Of a stretch of 64,000 nt of DNA, positions 1 to 12,748 are shown piece by piece (positions within the stretch are counted from its first letter, which is position 1; each line of letters begins with the position of its first letter). Origin of the DNA: Cenococcum geophilum. Taxonomy: Eukaryota. Both the position numbers and the translations under genes were made by a program. The notes beneath the pieces were generated by a model. The model was not told where the DNA came from. It saw only the letters and a program-made list of their open reading frames with translations, and made no database searches. The stretch lies in contig CP158636.1 in NCBI GenBank assembly GCA_050273025.1, positions 3,162,001 to 3,226,000 of the forward strand, written 5' to 3'.

Positions 1-2345
1 TTGCTATAGTTATACTATATAATAGATAGGTGGCGGACCCCTGGCGAGGGTTCTTCGCCTCTTTATTATTTCTTACTTCTTCTATTTTTACTTTTTTTAG
101 AATATTTAAAACTTCTATCTCTTATATCTATACCCTAGTTACTACTTATTTTATATAGAGCTTTCTATTTCTATATCTTATGTTCTTATTAGCGCTTTTA
201 TATCTAAATCTGTTATTATCTCCAGTTCTTCCCCTATTCTTACTAGTTGGCTATATACCCTTTAAGAGTTGACTATAAATGTTATATTTACCGCGTTAAG
301 TCTAATTCTTAACTATCCCGGTTTTAAGCTTGCTATAGCTGTCTATAAGGGTCTTCCTATAAGGCGTCCTCTCCCTTATATCCCTTGTAACCCTTATATC
401 CCTATATAGTCTGGTAATATTACATAGTATTATTTCTAGCCCGTTAAGGCTTGGGATAGCTAGCCTAGCCCCCTAGTATTAAAGGTAAGAAACGCTAAAA
501 AGGCACCTACGCCCCCTTAGCTTATTGCCTATTATTTCTATTTATATAACCTAGCGTGTAGTTATTCCTATAGTTATTAAGCCCTTACCTTCCGTCTCCT
601 ATATTTAATACAGTCTTCTCTCTCCTACGCCTTATATATGCTTTAGTAGCAGTTTACGCATTTTATTTAGTTTTAATTTAAGCAGTGTCTTATATTATAG
701 GGGCCTATATAGTAGCCGCAGTATACCTATACTGCGTATGTAGATTAGGTATACCCCTATTATATATAGCGATAATATTATTTTAGGCAGAGTCTGTAGT
801 TATAGAGCCTTGCGTTATATATAAGGCCATTTATAATAATACCTTTTTAAATAAGGAGTTTTTGCATTCCTAGTGTATATATACTAATAATAAGGGAGCT
901 ATACGTTTAACTAGCGTTTCCCTAGTAAGTCTCTAGCGACCCTTATATTCTTTTATTATTTTCGTTATATACTTAGTTTGCATTTTTCTATTAAAGCTAT
1001 TAGATTTAGGTAATCTTAAGTCCTAGTATAAGGCGTTCCGTTTGTTTTACTATCTTATATATAGTTACTATATTATCTACCTAGCGTCTCTTTTCTATCC
1101 TAAGGCTTAGGGGAACCGCTAGGACTTTAAGTGGGTAATCTTTATAAAGTACTTTTATGCCAATACGTTCTCCTAGCCTATCCCCTACCCTAATGGCTTA
1201 TTCCTTTACCTATTAGTCCCTTAAGGTAACTCTAATATCTCCGCTCCTAAGGTGTTAGACTATAATAGCATTATAAACCTCTTTATAAATCTTTATAAGG
1301 ACTTCTGTTTCTAATTATCCCCTAAGCCCCTTTACTTTTTCTATGCTTAGTTATATTATAATTATATATCCAGATATTGTCTTTAGGGGGGTAGGTTTCC
1401 TATACTATAGATGCGCAGCTACGGCAGCCTAGGTATAGTTTACCGGTAAAAAGGGGTTTTTATTTATTTTTAATTTTACTTAGCCGTTAGAGGATTTAAT
1501 TAAGGGTTTACTAGAGGGGCGTCTAAGGTTCGCTAAACTGGCGGAGCCATTCTACTAGCTATATTAGTTTGTTATAGCTAATAGTTACTCCCCTATAACT
1601 ATAAATACTAGACGCGTCTAATAGGCTTTATATTTTATTAGATGCCTTCTTAATAGAGGTCTTTCTGCTTTGTAGTGTGGTATTCGCCTATTCTTATTGT
1701 GGAGGGCTATTGCTAGGCGTGGTTTTGGTAGACGCGCGCAAGTGCGAACTACTATTGTTTAACGTATGCCTCCCCTGTAATATATGTATCTTAGGGGGAT
1801 TCTCTAGGTGTTTTTTAGGGTTCTTTTGGTTGGTTTTAGTCTTTTTGGGCCGGGTATAGCAAGAGCTCCAAAACTAGTAACTTTTAAAGGAATTATATAC
1901 TTTATCTATAAAGCAATTTACTAAATAGGCTATAATAAGACTACCTAGGAACTATTAAAGAACCTAAAAAACGCTATAAGAAAGGTAGAGAAGTATTAGA
2001 AGAAAGTAGGTTAGGTAATATTAATGAAATAGAATTACTAAAGAATAAGTTACCTAAGGAGGACCTAAGAGGAGTAGCTGCCGAGCTACTTAAAGTTATT
2101 TCCTTCTTTATTAGAAGAGAATCCTTTCTTTTATTAGCTTTAAGCTCCGCTAAGCCTTATTTAACTAGCTTCTACTCTTTTAAGTAGACCTTTTATAACC
2201 CTTTTTAAGACAGGATAACTAAGCGTAAGCGGCTAGTTAAGCGTTAAATACTTACCGTTCTTTAGCACGAATATACTCCCTATTATCTTAAAGCTTTTAT
2301 ACCTTAGTAAGGGCTAAGGCAAGTTTACCCTTAAGGTAAGAGGCC
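1..2345 (-). mobile_element. RIP-degenerated Tad-like LINE, 5' half (5'UTR + ORF1/gag; ORF2 start runs off the window)
   Basis: TpA-rich RIP signature. The minus strand of ~600-790 back-mutates to three CCHC knuckles (QCYRC..WGH....C, CGYC.G.H....C, KCVNC...H..W....C). The reverse complement of 1-140 aligns by eye to 38121-38250, the start of the LINE ORF2 copy. The 5' boundary (~2345) is approximate, taken from a composition change. Confidence 0.8.
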
Positions 2346-3014
2346 TTAAATTAAATATAAGACCCTATAATAAATTAGATAAGGTACTATATGCCTATAG
2401 AGGATAATAGAACGTGTATACTTAGCGTTAGAGACGGATTAAATGTTATAAGATACTTAATATAGGAGAGGGGATAGTAACTAGAAGGATCCGCGATTAT
2501 AATATAAACTAACCTCTTTTTAATACAGCGAGAATAGGATAGCGTAAGTAAAAAAATAATTAAAATAAGCCGATTATAATAAGAATCTAATAAGAGGTAT
2601 TAGGACTTAAAAAGGTTATTAAATTAAAGACGGGAATACTATACCTCTAATTAATAACTTAGAGATATAGAGTATCTTTAAGGACAAAGATAGAGAGGAG
2701 GAGGATAGGGTTAATTAAGTCGGTTAGTATTTCTGTTAATCCCTCAATATTAATTTCCGATTCTGTCCTCCACTCTTGGTACATCTTGTTTCTCCATATC
2801 ATTATCAGAAGCTTGACGTTAATAGGAAAGTTTTTGCGAACAGTGCATTGTTATCACCGATTAAAAGTTGGACCTCAAGAGTCATACAATCTCCAACCTT
2901 TAGCCATTATTTTCGTGATAATTCCAATGAGACAATACTTTGTCTTTGGCTTAACTCTTCAATCCATCCAATATCATTATTTGCTGTGATTTAGCTTTGA
3001 TGGTAATAATAAAT

Positions 3015-4373
3015 ATGAGTTATCAGTCTGGGTTTGGCGCATCTTCATTATTCTTCCTCATTGGTGTGGCGTGGTTTTACAGGAGAAACCGGGTAACTGG
3101 AAAGCCAAAAAGGTATAGTTCTAAATTGATGATGAATTTTTAATAGCACACCCCGGACAGCTATCTGCAGCGACGCAGCTCAAACGCGGAGAACGTGCTT
3201 GGTTGAACACGGTTTAGTTTTGCTACCATAAGATTCTGCAAGGCTCTTTAGCCACCTATGCCTAGGTACTAATCAAATGTTTAGTTTCGCCTAGCTTCTC
3301 CATTACCAAAAGATGTGGCGAAGCCTTCTCTAAGGACCCATATTATCAGATCGAGCCGTCGCCCAACTTCGAACGGCGAAACACCGACCCAATCCAGATG
3401 CGACCTTCTAAAACTAAATATCACTTGACAATAGGTGCTTTCCTCAACAGCCATACTTTTTAAAGGTTCTGGTCTCTTGCAGCCCTCGAAAATGCCACCA
3501 TATCAGAGCTTCTTGATAGGACAAGACATATCTTGACCGAATTCGTCTTCGGAAACAATTGATTGAGAACCATGGGAACACTATAGTAGACGCAAACAAA
3601 ATAATTGCACCAGCAGTCAATGAATTCTATACTTGGATGATGGGTACCGACCTCCTGCTCCGGTATCCTATGATGTTTCAAGTAGTTCAAAATACAGACT
3701 CAGTTCCTGAAAAACAGCCACAACCCTTCTCACCAGCCTTACCATAGCAGAGACTATTGCCATCAGCCCTCCCGCAACAGCAATCGAAGCCCTTCGCCTA
3801 CCTGGTTCCCACATCGACACAGAATTTCTTTTCCTCTTGCCCTCATCTAACCCTGCTGACGAAGGCAAGTACAAGCTCGGAGGCTACGTAGCCTGTTTCC
3901 CCTCTGGCTTCCACATGCGTAAGAAAATTAACCTTACGCTTGTGAACATACATACCCCGGTGTCGGGCTACGCAGCTAAGCTTGAAAAATTGATGGATCG
4001 GATTTTTGCGGCGTTGCCTGTTGGTAAAATAGTCAAGCGAGTTAACTGGGATATTACAACGAACATAGATCTATTCGTGCTCGGTGGGAATCGCATTTAC
4101 AAAGGAGAAGATACTAAAGAGGAGAAGATCGATTTGGTGAAGACAGTGCTGAGGTGTGAAAAACAAACGTTGCGTCGACCGTTAAAGAGTAAAGCGTTGG
4201 TATTTGCGTTTAAGACATTTCAGTACCCAATTAGGCAGATTAAGGAAGGAAGGAACGGTGAGCTGCTGGCAGGGGCGATTGAGGGGCTGAGCGAGGGCAG
4301 TGTTCCGCGTATGGCGTATTATAAGAGGGGTGTGGTTTGGGGCGAGACCGTTAAGAATTTTTTGGGAAGCTGA
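3015..4373 (+). pseudogene. DUF3445 / heme-dependent oxidative N-demethylase alpha-like gene, apparently frameshifted
   Basis: ORF 3837-4373 has the CFPSGF, IHTPV, RVNW, LRCEKQTLRR and LVFAFKT motifs typical of DUF3445. The upstream coding part (3559-3747) is in another frame and stops at 3747. GT-AG introns are plausible near 3114-3147 and 3213-3284. Confidence 0.7.
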
Positions 4374-5000
4374 TTGGAGGGTTCCTTGATGAGTTTGAGT
4401 GATGATGTTGAGGCTACCATGACACGTAGATAGGTGGGTTTTGCGGCTGTGCCGAATAGTTAGTTGAGTAAGGTAGTACGGCAAAGTTATCGTGGTCCTA
4501 TACAGAGCCACCACGAGTTTGGCTTGGTTCGCCTGAAAATATCCAGTGTTTCGAAATATCCACGTGAAGGACCTGAGCAATATGAAACACATATCATGCC
4601 GACGTGAATGTAATAGCGACTGTGCACTGCCCATAAATCTCGATAAGTAGTTTGTTGTGTACTGCTTCTGAACCTCGAAGTTGTTTTGAGACTGGACAAC
4701 GCTTTCCCTTACTGGTGATCTTCCTTGGCACTAATGGCAGGGCATGGTGGCATGAGCCACACCCAGAGTGGCTATTCATCGACACGCGCTGCGCACATCA
4801 ACAAACCTCAATCCGACTTACCGCTACCATTGATACCTCACGAATTCACAGAAGGGCTAGCAAGCTCTAAAAACACCCTCTACGCCATTCGAATGAGTGC
4901 ACATCAATCACTCGACCCTCTCTCCCCGATTTCCTCCAACCTTATTGGCGCCAAATACGCCTTCATCACGAAAGTTAGCGCCATAGATGGGATCCACGCC

Positions 5001-7549
5001 ATGGGCGAGCGGGCGCATGACGATGGCACATACAGCTCTGGCTCTATGTCCGGCCTTACCTCCCTCGAAAACGACACGGACGACTTTGGAAAATTAATGA
5101 TCAGGAACGCGCGGGACGAGCGACGGCTGAACGAAACACTGCGGGGCAACGTGCAGCCATTCAGAAAAGCAAGACCACACCCACGAGTTGGGCTTACGCT
5201 GGAGAATCTCGAGCGCAACAACGGGCTGGATAGTTCAGGGCCGGGAATTGGTGGGCAGAGACACTTTGACAGTCCGGGCAGTGAGCACAGCAGCGAGAGG
5301 TCTGACCCAGCACTGCGGCCGCCGACGGATTGGGGACGGAAGGGAAGGCATAGGAAGGATTGGCTCAAACGGATCACGTCCTCAGACTCGCTAAAAACTA
5401 CGGAGCAGAAGCCTGTAGAGCCTGGAGAGCAGGGTTCCGAGACGATATACCCTAGGCAAACGGTGTACACTGGAGACCAAAGCCCGCGCATTCATGCCTG
5501 GGCAAATTCAACAGCAGACATACCTTTGCCGTCGGTAGAAGATAGACCACTATCTCGCAGGAGCTCGAATCCGGGTACGCCGCCTCCGTCACGTCGACGC
5601 AATACCACCTTAGATAGGTTTCAAGAGTGGGATATGAACGAGGAATTCACGGCAGCATCACTGCTTGCGTCAACACCGGCAATTGTTTCTCGAAACACGG
5701 CTCTGGATGATATCAGGCAAAGGGAAATTGAGAGTCTCAAGGATCGAGCTATCACGACTACTCGGCTGGACAGAATCCACGAGACAGCACCACAGGAGAC
5801 AAAACGAGTTCGATCTAGTTCAAGAGCCTCTTTACTTTCTCTCAACTCTCAGTCAAACGGCGCCGGTACAACCGAGCAAACTACACAAGCACCAAAGGAG
5901 TCCGAGAGCAAGCCGCTAACACTCACGGGCTCGATGCGAAGCAAAGGGAAGTCGCCAATCATTGGAGGAGATGGAGGAGAGACCATAGCAAATTCACCCA
6001 TAGTGGTCTACAAGAGCGCTCAAACTGTTGGGGTAGTGGACCTAGGCATCCAGGCAAACGCGGAGACCAGCCCCAAGCGACCAGGCCATAGGAGAGAAGA
6101 TTCACACGACCTCTTGAAACGTCTTGCTCGAGTAACAAGCCTGAGCCCTAGCCCTGCAAGGACTACAACATCTCGTCCTCCATCCACAGCGTCACTACAG
6201 CAAGAGAACATTCCACCAACAAATGTTGAAGAGAAAACCTCTGCCCAGGACTTAATGATTGCCAGCCAACAGGAGGAGACTCCCCCGGAGGTTCCAGAGA
6301 AAAGCCGCAGAAGAAGCCTGCAGTTCAAAGATATTCCTAAGGACACTCCCCAAGAAACAGCGAAACCTGAGCTACTTCAGGCTTTAAGCCAGGAGGCGCG
6401 AGCAGAGGATGTCGATGTCACACCAGCTCCAGTAGAGGAAACATTATTGAGTGCAAAGACCCCAGTAGTCACGGGAGCCTGGATAGATACTCCTGGACCG
6501 CGGGCCGATCGTCATGCTGTCTTTAACGCTCTGAACTCTAGCTCCCGCAGGTCAAAATCTCCAACGAAAGGAAGCCCAAAGAAAACGTCTCCTCAAAAGA
6601 AAAACTCAGATCAGGCCGTAGAAGCTTCACGGGCACCAGTAGAAAAGCGAGAGCCTTCACTCCCCACTTCAGCACTTGCGGCTATAGTAGGCGAGGCGAA
6701 ATCAACCCGCAGAGGCAGAGTCAACAATGAAGAATACGGTGATTCCACTATTGATTCACTAGAAGATATCATGTCACCCAGGGTGGAACATAGAACAACT
6801 CTTGATATGGACGAAGATACTCTGCAAGGTCTACAGCTTCCTGCTAGTGCTCCTAGAAACCAGGCCGAACGACAGCGGCAGCAAGAAATCCGTGCGCTAC
6901 ACAACATGAATACCAGATTAAGGGCAGCACGCACAAGCATAAGAGACGCAAGTCGCGGTATGAAGAGAGTGGAGCACCAGGTTGACTCTGTTGAGACTGG
7001 AGAGGAACTACCCCGAGAATCTTGTAAACGCTGTGGATGTGTGGCTGGTGGGCGTCGATCTCTCTCGCTCTCCTCTCTCTGGTCTGGATTCAAAAGACTC
7101 TTCTATGATAGGAATGGAGGTGGGCGATGGGGATTTACTTGCTTAGGGTTGTCGCTCTTGGTTTTCTTCACTTGGTTTTTCACAGAGACGGCGCTGTGGT
7201 ATGTTCTTACCTGATTCAAACATTTCGATGGCGAAAACTGACCGGTGCTGCTAGTAATGCTTATTGCCACCCTATGTATGCACAAACGATGGATGGCTTC
7301 GGCGTTGATCCCGACGCTCCTCGATTACCTTTCGTCACTGTCACGGTACTATCACGACCATTCCGGTGGCTATGGAAACCAATTGTGGGCTCGCTAGCCT
7401 GGGCAGGGAAGGCCATTTACCAGAGCTTTGCCGTTGGTGAAGGTGTTCGGACAGCTGGAACTCGGAGAGCGGCGAGATTCACCACTCGAATCTTCTCGCA
7501 AGCGACAGCAGAACCAGACTTGAGCATGGCGGATGATGAGTATCTATAG
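5001..7549 (+). CDS. Fungal hypothetical protein: long S/P/R-rich disordered region, coiled coil, CxxCGC and C-terminal TM segment
   Basis: Long ORF 4725-7214, probable ATG at 5001. A GT..AG intron (~7199-7254) joins exon 2, which ends at TAG 7549. Confidence 0.75.
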
Positions 7550-8035
7550 GAGTTTTTGGATTTTCTTTCAACTGGGTTACACCAAGCGCGGCGTTTTGGA
7601 TTGGAACTACTATTACCATGCCTGAAGCGGTCCCAGGCCATGTTTGTGAATTCGTTCAGATGCCTTATATTAACTATTTGGTATGGGCTAGACCCCGGCA
7701 ACGTCTTTCTGGCTTAGCTCAGAGATATTACTAAAGGTCATACTCCAAAAACTCGCATTCCGATGCACAATTCGCTCAATATGTCCACGTGCTGTATGCT
7801 TGGAAACCTGCCGTGCTTGCACGGCCGCGCAGACATTTTCTTCCACGGCCTCTAATTCATGGAGGATCAAGACATGCCAAGGAAGCCGCCACATCTCTCC
7901 CACAAACGCCACAGCCGGATTCGGAGGATGTACCGGGATTTTCTCACACCACAACAATCCTCATGCATTATCTGCTATCTGGCCCCCGCTATATTCCCGA
8001 CGGCCTACACGTGCCTCCGCCAAGTTACCCCCTAT

Positions 8036-8950
8036 ATACCTAGGTAGCCACCTTATTTCTTACCCTTCCTTCCTCACATCCTCTCTACCTAGGGAGGCAC
8101 CAGAACGGCAGCCAGCAGAGGACCGTCGCCAGAACCAGACGACAACTATTCGAACGACAAGCCAGCAAACACTACGAACGATTCAACCAATCGATCGATC
8201 GAATTAAACCAGAGCCTCAATATCGGCTCATCATCGAATCGAATCGAATCTAAGCCTCCTAGGGAGGTACCCTAGACGACCACCGTTCAAATGTACAGCC
8301 AGCAAAACGCCCATAGAGAACGATTCGAATCAATCACAGCTTTTAATCGGGCCGACCTCTCCCCCAAATCAAATCATACCACGCAGATAGGTAGGCACAG
8401 ACAGGTAGGCATAGACAGACAGATACTAGGCCTAGTTCGGAAACCAGCCTTCCCCCTCGATTGGTCGCTTGACGCCCGAGCAGACACAGACACAGGTGGT
8501 AGGCAGGATTAATTTGGATTATTTAGATTATATAATTAAATTAATTATATATTTTTTGACTAGCTATAAATACTGGAGTGTTAATACCTTATTTTTAAAT
8601 CTAGAATTTTTATTATTGTCCTGATTGTCCTGATGGTCCTGGAGGTCCTGGTGGTCCTGGAGGTCCTGGTGTCCTGGTGGTCTGGGCGGTCAGGGCGACC
8701 TCCTGACAGGGTCCTGACAGGAAGCCGAGTGTGAGTGTCTCCTGGAGCTCCTGGCAGCCCTGACAGGAGCTGTCGGGAGCTGTCAGTACTGTCAGGATGC
8801 ATGAACATTTTGCTGATGCGGTGTATATATCTACAACAGTAATAGATATTAAGGCTCCTAATACTACAAAAATCGCATTAGTAAACTCTATAACTCTACA
8901 ACTCTACAACTTAGTATCAGTATTTTAAAAATTATCAAGCGTTATATAGC
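8036..8950. repeat. Composite repeat region: degenerate direct repeats, 9-bp GTCCTG tandem array, CTACAA repeats; probable TE remnant
   Basis: cctagggagg(c/t)acc...agccagcaaa...gaacgattc occurs at ~8088 and ~8258. (t/g)gtcctg(at/ga/gt) occurs about 7 times at 8617-8678. AT-rich patches at 8510-8616 and 8820-8950. Confidence 0.55.
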
Positions 8951-9361
8951 TGTGCTTGTAGAACTTTTGTGTGTGGGAGCCGTCTTATCAAAAAATTTGC
9001 AGAAGATAAGAAAACCACAGTAAGTGATGTCAGTGGCTCGTGCATCCCTTACCCCGCAAAGCACAAGATGGAAAAGACAAAGAATTCCATGTTTTGCAGT
9101 CTTCGGAACCACAATTCAGACATGATTGGCCTTTAACGCCCCACTACGTGGCAGGAGCCTGCTCGATCAACGCTAACGTGACCTGGTCAACTTTACTTCA
9201 CTATACGTCACGGCCACATCTTTTGTTTGCATCGCCTTCCACCAACTGTTGCATCTTCTACTTCCTTCCTCGCTCTCAAATCTCCATTTCTTCCACAAAA
9301 ACATCTCTGCTTTCCATAATTGACCTACACTTTTCTCCTCCCCCAATTCCCTAATCAAAGG

Positions 9362-10717
9362 ATGAGATTCTCATTTGTCTCCACCCTTGTGGTAGCTCTG
9401 GCTACTGAGGGTGCTATCGCCAGTACCTGGTTCGGTAAATCTGGTATGTGTTCATTAATCCTAAATGCCTCTCTAAATTTGCTTCCAATAAGTTTTATTT
9501 AATCAGCCGACCAGATAACTAACCGTTGATCAGTTTACAACAAATGGCATGAGACGGAGCTTGAACGATGGCTTTCTGACCATAATGTCCCTTACCCTAC
9601 TCTAGCAGACCGAAAAGATCTTGAAAATCTTGTCAAAGAGAACTGGAACTCTAAGGTCGTAAACCCTTACCACAGTTGGGATACGCAGCAGCTCAAATCA
9701 TACTTGAGCCTGAAAGGTCAGCAAGCAAAGAAGGGCACAGAGAAGAACAAGGACAGCCTCATCGTTCAGGTTAAGTCGTACTGGTTTGGCATAGAAGACT
9801 CCGTCTCTAACTCATACGCAAACGTCCGGGACTGGATATTCGATAGGTATAAAGTCACTGCAAAATCCCTCAATTTAGCCGTACGCTGGCTAACAACTTG
9901 TAGTTGGACTGATTCTCAACTCAAGGCGTTCTGTGACCGTCACAACATTCCCGTTCCCCAGCCACGCACCCGTGACAACCTCCTCAAGAGTGCCCGCGAG
10001 AACTACCAAACTGTTGCGAACAAGCTCGGCGAGACAACGTTTTATCCTGGTAACTGGCTTTATGAATCATGGTCCGAGTCTGACCTCAAAGCCTGGTTGG
10101 ATGAGCGTGGCTATTCTGTCTCTCAACCCACTACCCGAGACAAGCTGATTGCTTCCGTTCGTCGCAATTCTTATCTCGCTAGTCACAACATGAATGCCGC
10201 TGCTGCCGCTGCCAAGAAAAGCCTCAGTGATACCCTTTTCGATTCTTGGAGTGACAGCCAGCTTAAGGAGTGGGCTGACAAGAACGGCATTAAAGTCCCG
10301 CAAGGTTCGAACCGCAATGAGCTCATCGCTTTGGCCCGTAAGCACAGCGCCAAGCTGACCGGTGATAATGTCGCCTCATCTGCTTCAAGTTACTACGGTG
10401 CTGCTACTTCCTCCGCTGGCAACGAGTATGCTCAGGCTACCCAAGGTGTCGCTTCCTATGTCGAATGGATCAAGCAAAAGCTCGGCCTCGCAGCTTCCAG
10501 CGCCTCTGCCAGCGTTTCCAGTGCTACTGGTGCTGCTGGAAAGAGTGCCTCCAGCGCTTCAGTTTCCGCTTCTAAATCCGCAAAGAGCACTGCGTCTTCC
10601 GCGTCAAAGTCTGGTCAGAAGGCTGCCGATGCCGCAACAGAGAGTGCCACCAAGAGCAAGAATCGCGTTCAGGAGGCTGCTCAGAAGGCGACCGATTACA
10701 TTAAGGAGGAGTTGTAG
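9362..10717 (+). CDS. ish1: Ish1/Msc1-like stress-response nuclear-envelope protein
   Basis: Signal peptide (MRFSFVSTLVVALA), repeated W(S/T)(D/E)S(Q/D)LK..(L/C)D Ish1 motifs and an A/S-rich tail. Introns 9444-9533 and 9847-9903. Confidence 0.85.
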
Positions 10718-11442
10718 AGGCGGAGGAACGGAAGAACGGAAGAACGCAACGATTATAAATTCTAAGGGAATGATGGTCTGTTTTCCTTGCATGCGATATG
10801 AGATCATGACTGTGGCTCTTTGGGAGCAAAGGATATGAAACACCTGTACTTTTAGGCTTTAAATTGAGCATTCTCCTTGAGTATATGGCAACAGATGAGC
10901 TATGGTGGATAGGGAACGAGCGTCTTCCTTTCGGAAGTGGAGGAAACTCTAGATAGCACGGAGTAGTGAATCGAGCGTGGCACTAAAATATGCCTCTTCT
11001 GTCGGTGTAAACATATATTGAGTGTGAAATAAAGTTTGAGTGTTGTGGTTTGTAGAGAGGCTTGATTCTGATAGCTCTTAAGGAGCCCATAGAGTCTCGG
11101 AGAGATTATCTATGCTCGACGGGGTGGCGGGTATCTAATGCGTCGACCATATTCGAAATCACCCAAAATTAGGAAGATTAGCAACGACATCTAGTGGGTA
11201 GGTTGAAATAGTAATAGCTTTTAGTTCTTGTTCATTTTCTTCTTCACAACCTCGCAGCATTCTCTCTAGGCATTCTGTCGAAGAAACTAGTCGTGATGCC
11301 TCACTTAATCCTTGGATAATTGACGCATTCATCACTTACCTGGCTATGAGAACTGTATATCATCTTACGATTAACATCCGCAACTCATCGACTCCAAAAT
11401 CTAATTAAGGAAGTCCGTTTTGTTGTATAGTAAACCATCTAC

Positions 11443-12400
11443 ATGAGACAACTTCCTCTCTTCAAACACACAAATCAGCACCTTTCTTCCTCTCCCTACC
11501 GTCACACATCATAGCATCAGCAGTGCAACATGTCCTCGGCATTGTGGAACTGCTCGAGGAGGCCTTGTCCTACCTGTACTTCGGCGTCTTCAAGGCCCAG
11601 CTTGTCAATAGAACTTGGCGCGACTGCGTTGCTCATTCGGGGACACCGACAAATTTACTAGCTCCATGCTGTCAGGCTCGAGCACTCCGGATCCCCCATG
11701 GAATTTTACAAAGGGGATCCCTTGCGCACCGAAGCGTTCATAAAATTTTGGGAAGAAGCGTGCGGCGAACAGCAGCGCATGTGTGGCCATTGCGATAACG
11801 TCTATTTCTACGTTAGACATAAAAAGAGAAACCCAATCATGCGCACAACGTTCCACAATACCCTCTGCTGAGTAGGCAAAGGTGAACAATTTTCCCTGTA
11901 GACCTACATTTTCAGACCTTTCCCCGAAATTATCGCGTTCAATGGGAAGAATCGCGGGGGTGGGTCATGGCGGCATACGTTTGTTACTTAGCCGCCGTGT
12001 ATAGAAGTCTGGGCCTACTGCCCTAATTATGATGGTGAAGATCGCTCGATACATGCCTGGCACTGGCATTACCGCGTGTTCAAGGATGCCGATGTTGTCT
12101 GGATGGGGTAACTCTTCCATGGTTTAGAAGAAATGCACTTGGATGATAAGGAGATCCAATGGTTTGAAATGGTGTTATTATATACGCACTTCGTGGAACA
12201 TACACGTCGAGATCTACAGGGCGTAAGGCGTGCATTTTCCAATCGGAATGGCGTTGAAGGCACTCACTTTCTGCTAGATAACTCTCCAGCATAAGCATAC
12301 CGTTTGGTCTCGTTTATAGTAACGTCCGCACCCCTAATATCGAGTTTGTGGAGAATATAATGGTGAAGCTGTTGGCAATGAAATATCTTGGTGGCAGACG
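11443..12400 (+). pseudogene. Degenerate F-box protein gene
   Basis: VQHVLGIVELLEEALSYL..FKAQLVNRTWRDCV resembles fungal F-box motifs. The downstream frame is broken by stops/frameshifts. The end is approximate. Confidence 0.5.
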
Positions 12401-12748
12401 CCTAATGAAACGTTCTGAAGTCCTCCCACTATTTATTCTTCATGTGTGCCTGGTGCCCGACCGGCTTCTCTGAAATTGTTACCATCTGATAAATCTGATG
12501 TTGCAAAGCATACCCTATCATTCTGTGTAAATACCATCTTTAGCCACCTTCCAATATCCATCATCCCCGCTAAGGACTCACAGCCGGAAAACCAAGGAAA
12601 AGGGGGTATCGTGTCATACGCAATCTGCCGTGTGTCATCCAATCCATGAACGTAAAAACACAGCCCAACCCGTATACTAAGCCGTACCCAGCCCTTCCCC
12701 GATCCATGATAAATATAGTCAAAAACTTCATTAGATAAATCTGTAAGG

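Noticed and set aside
4725..5000. N-terminal extension of the 829-aa ORF
   Set aside because: It opens at a non-ATG codon and reads like promoter/5' UTR. ATG 5001 is more plausible, though upstream in-frame ATGs exist.
7688..8207. Overlapping short ORFs
   Set aside because: No recognisable domain; likely spurious or a decayed remnant.
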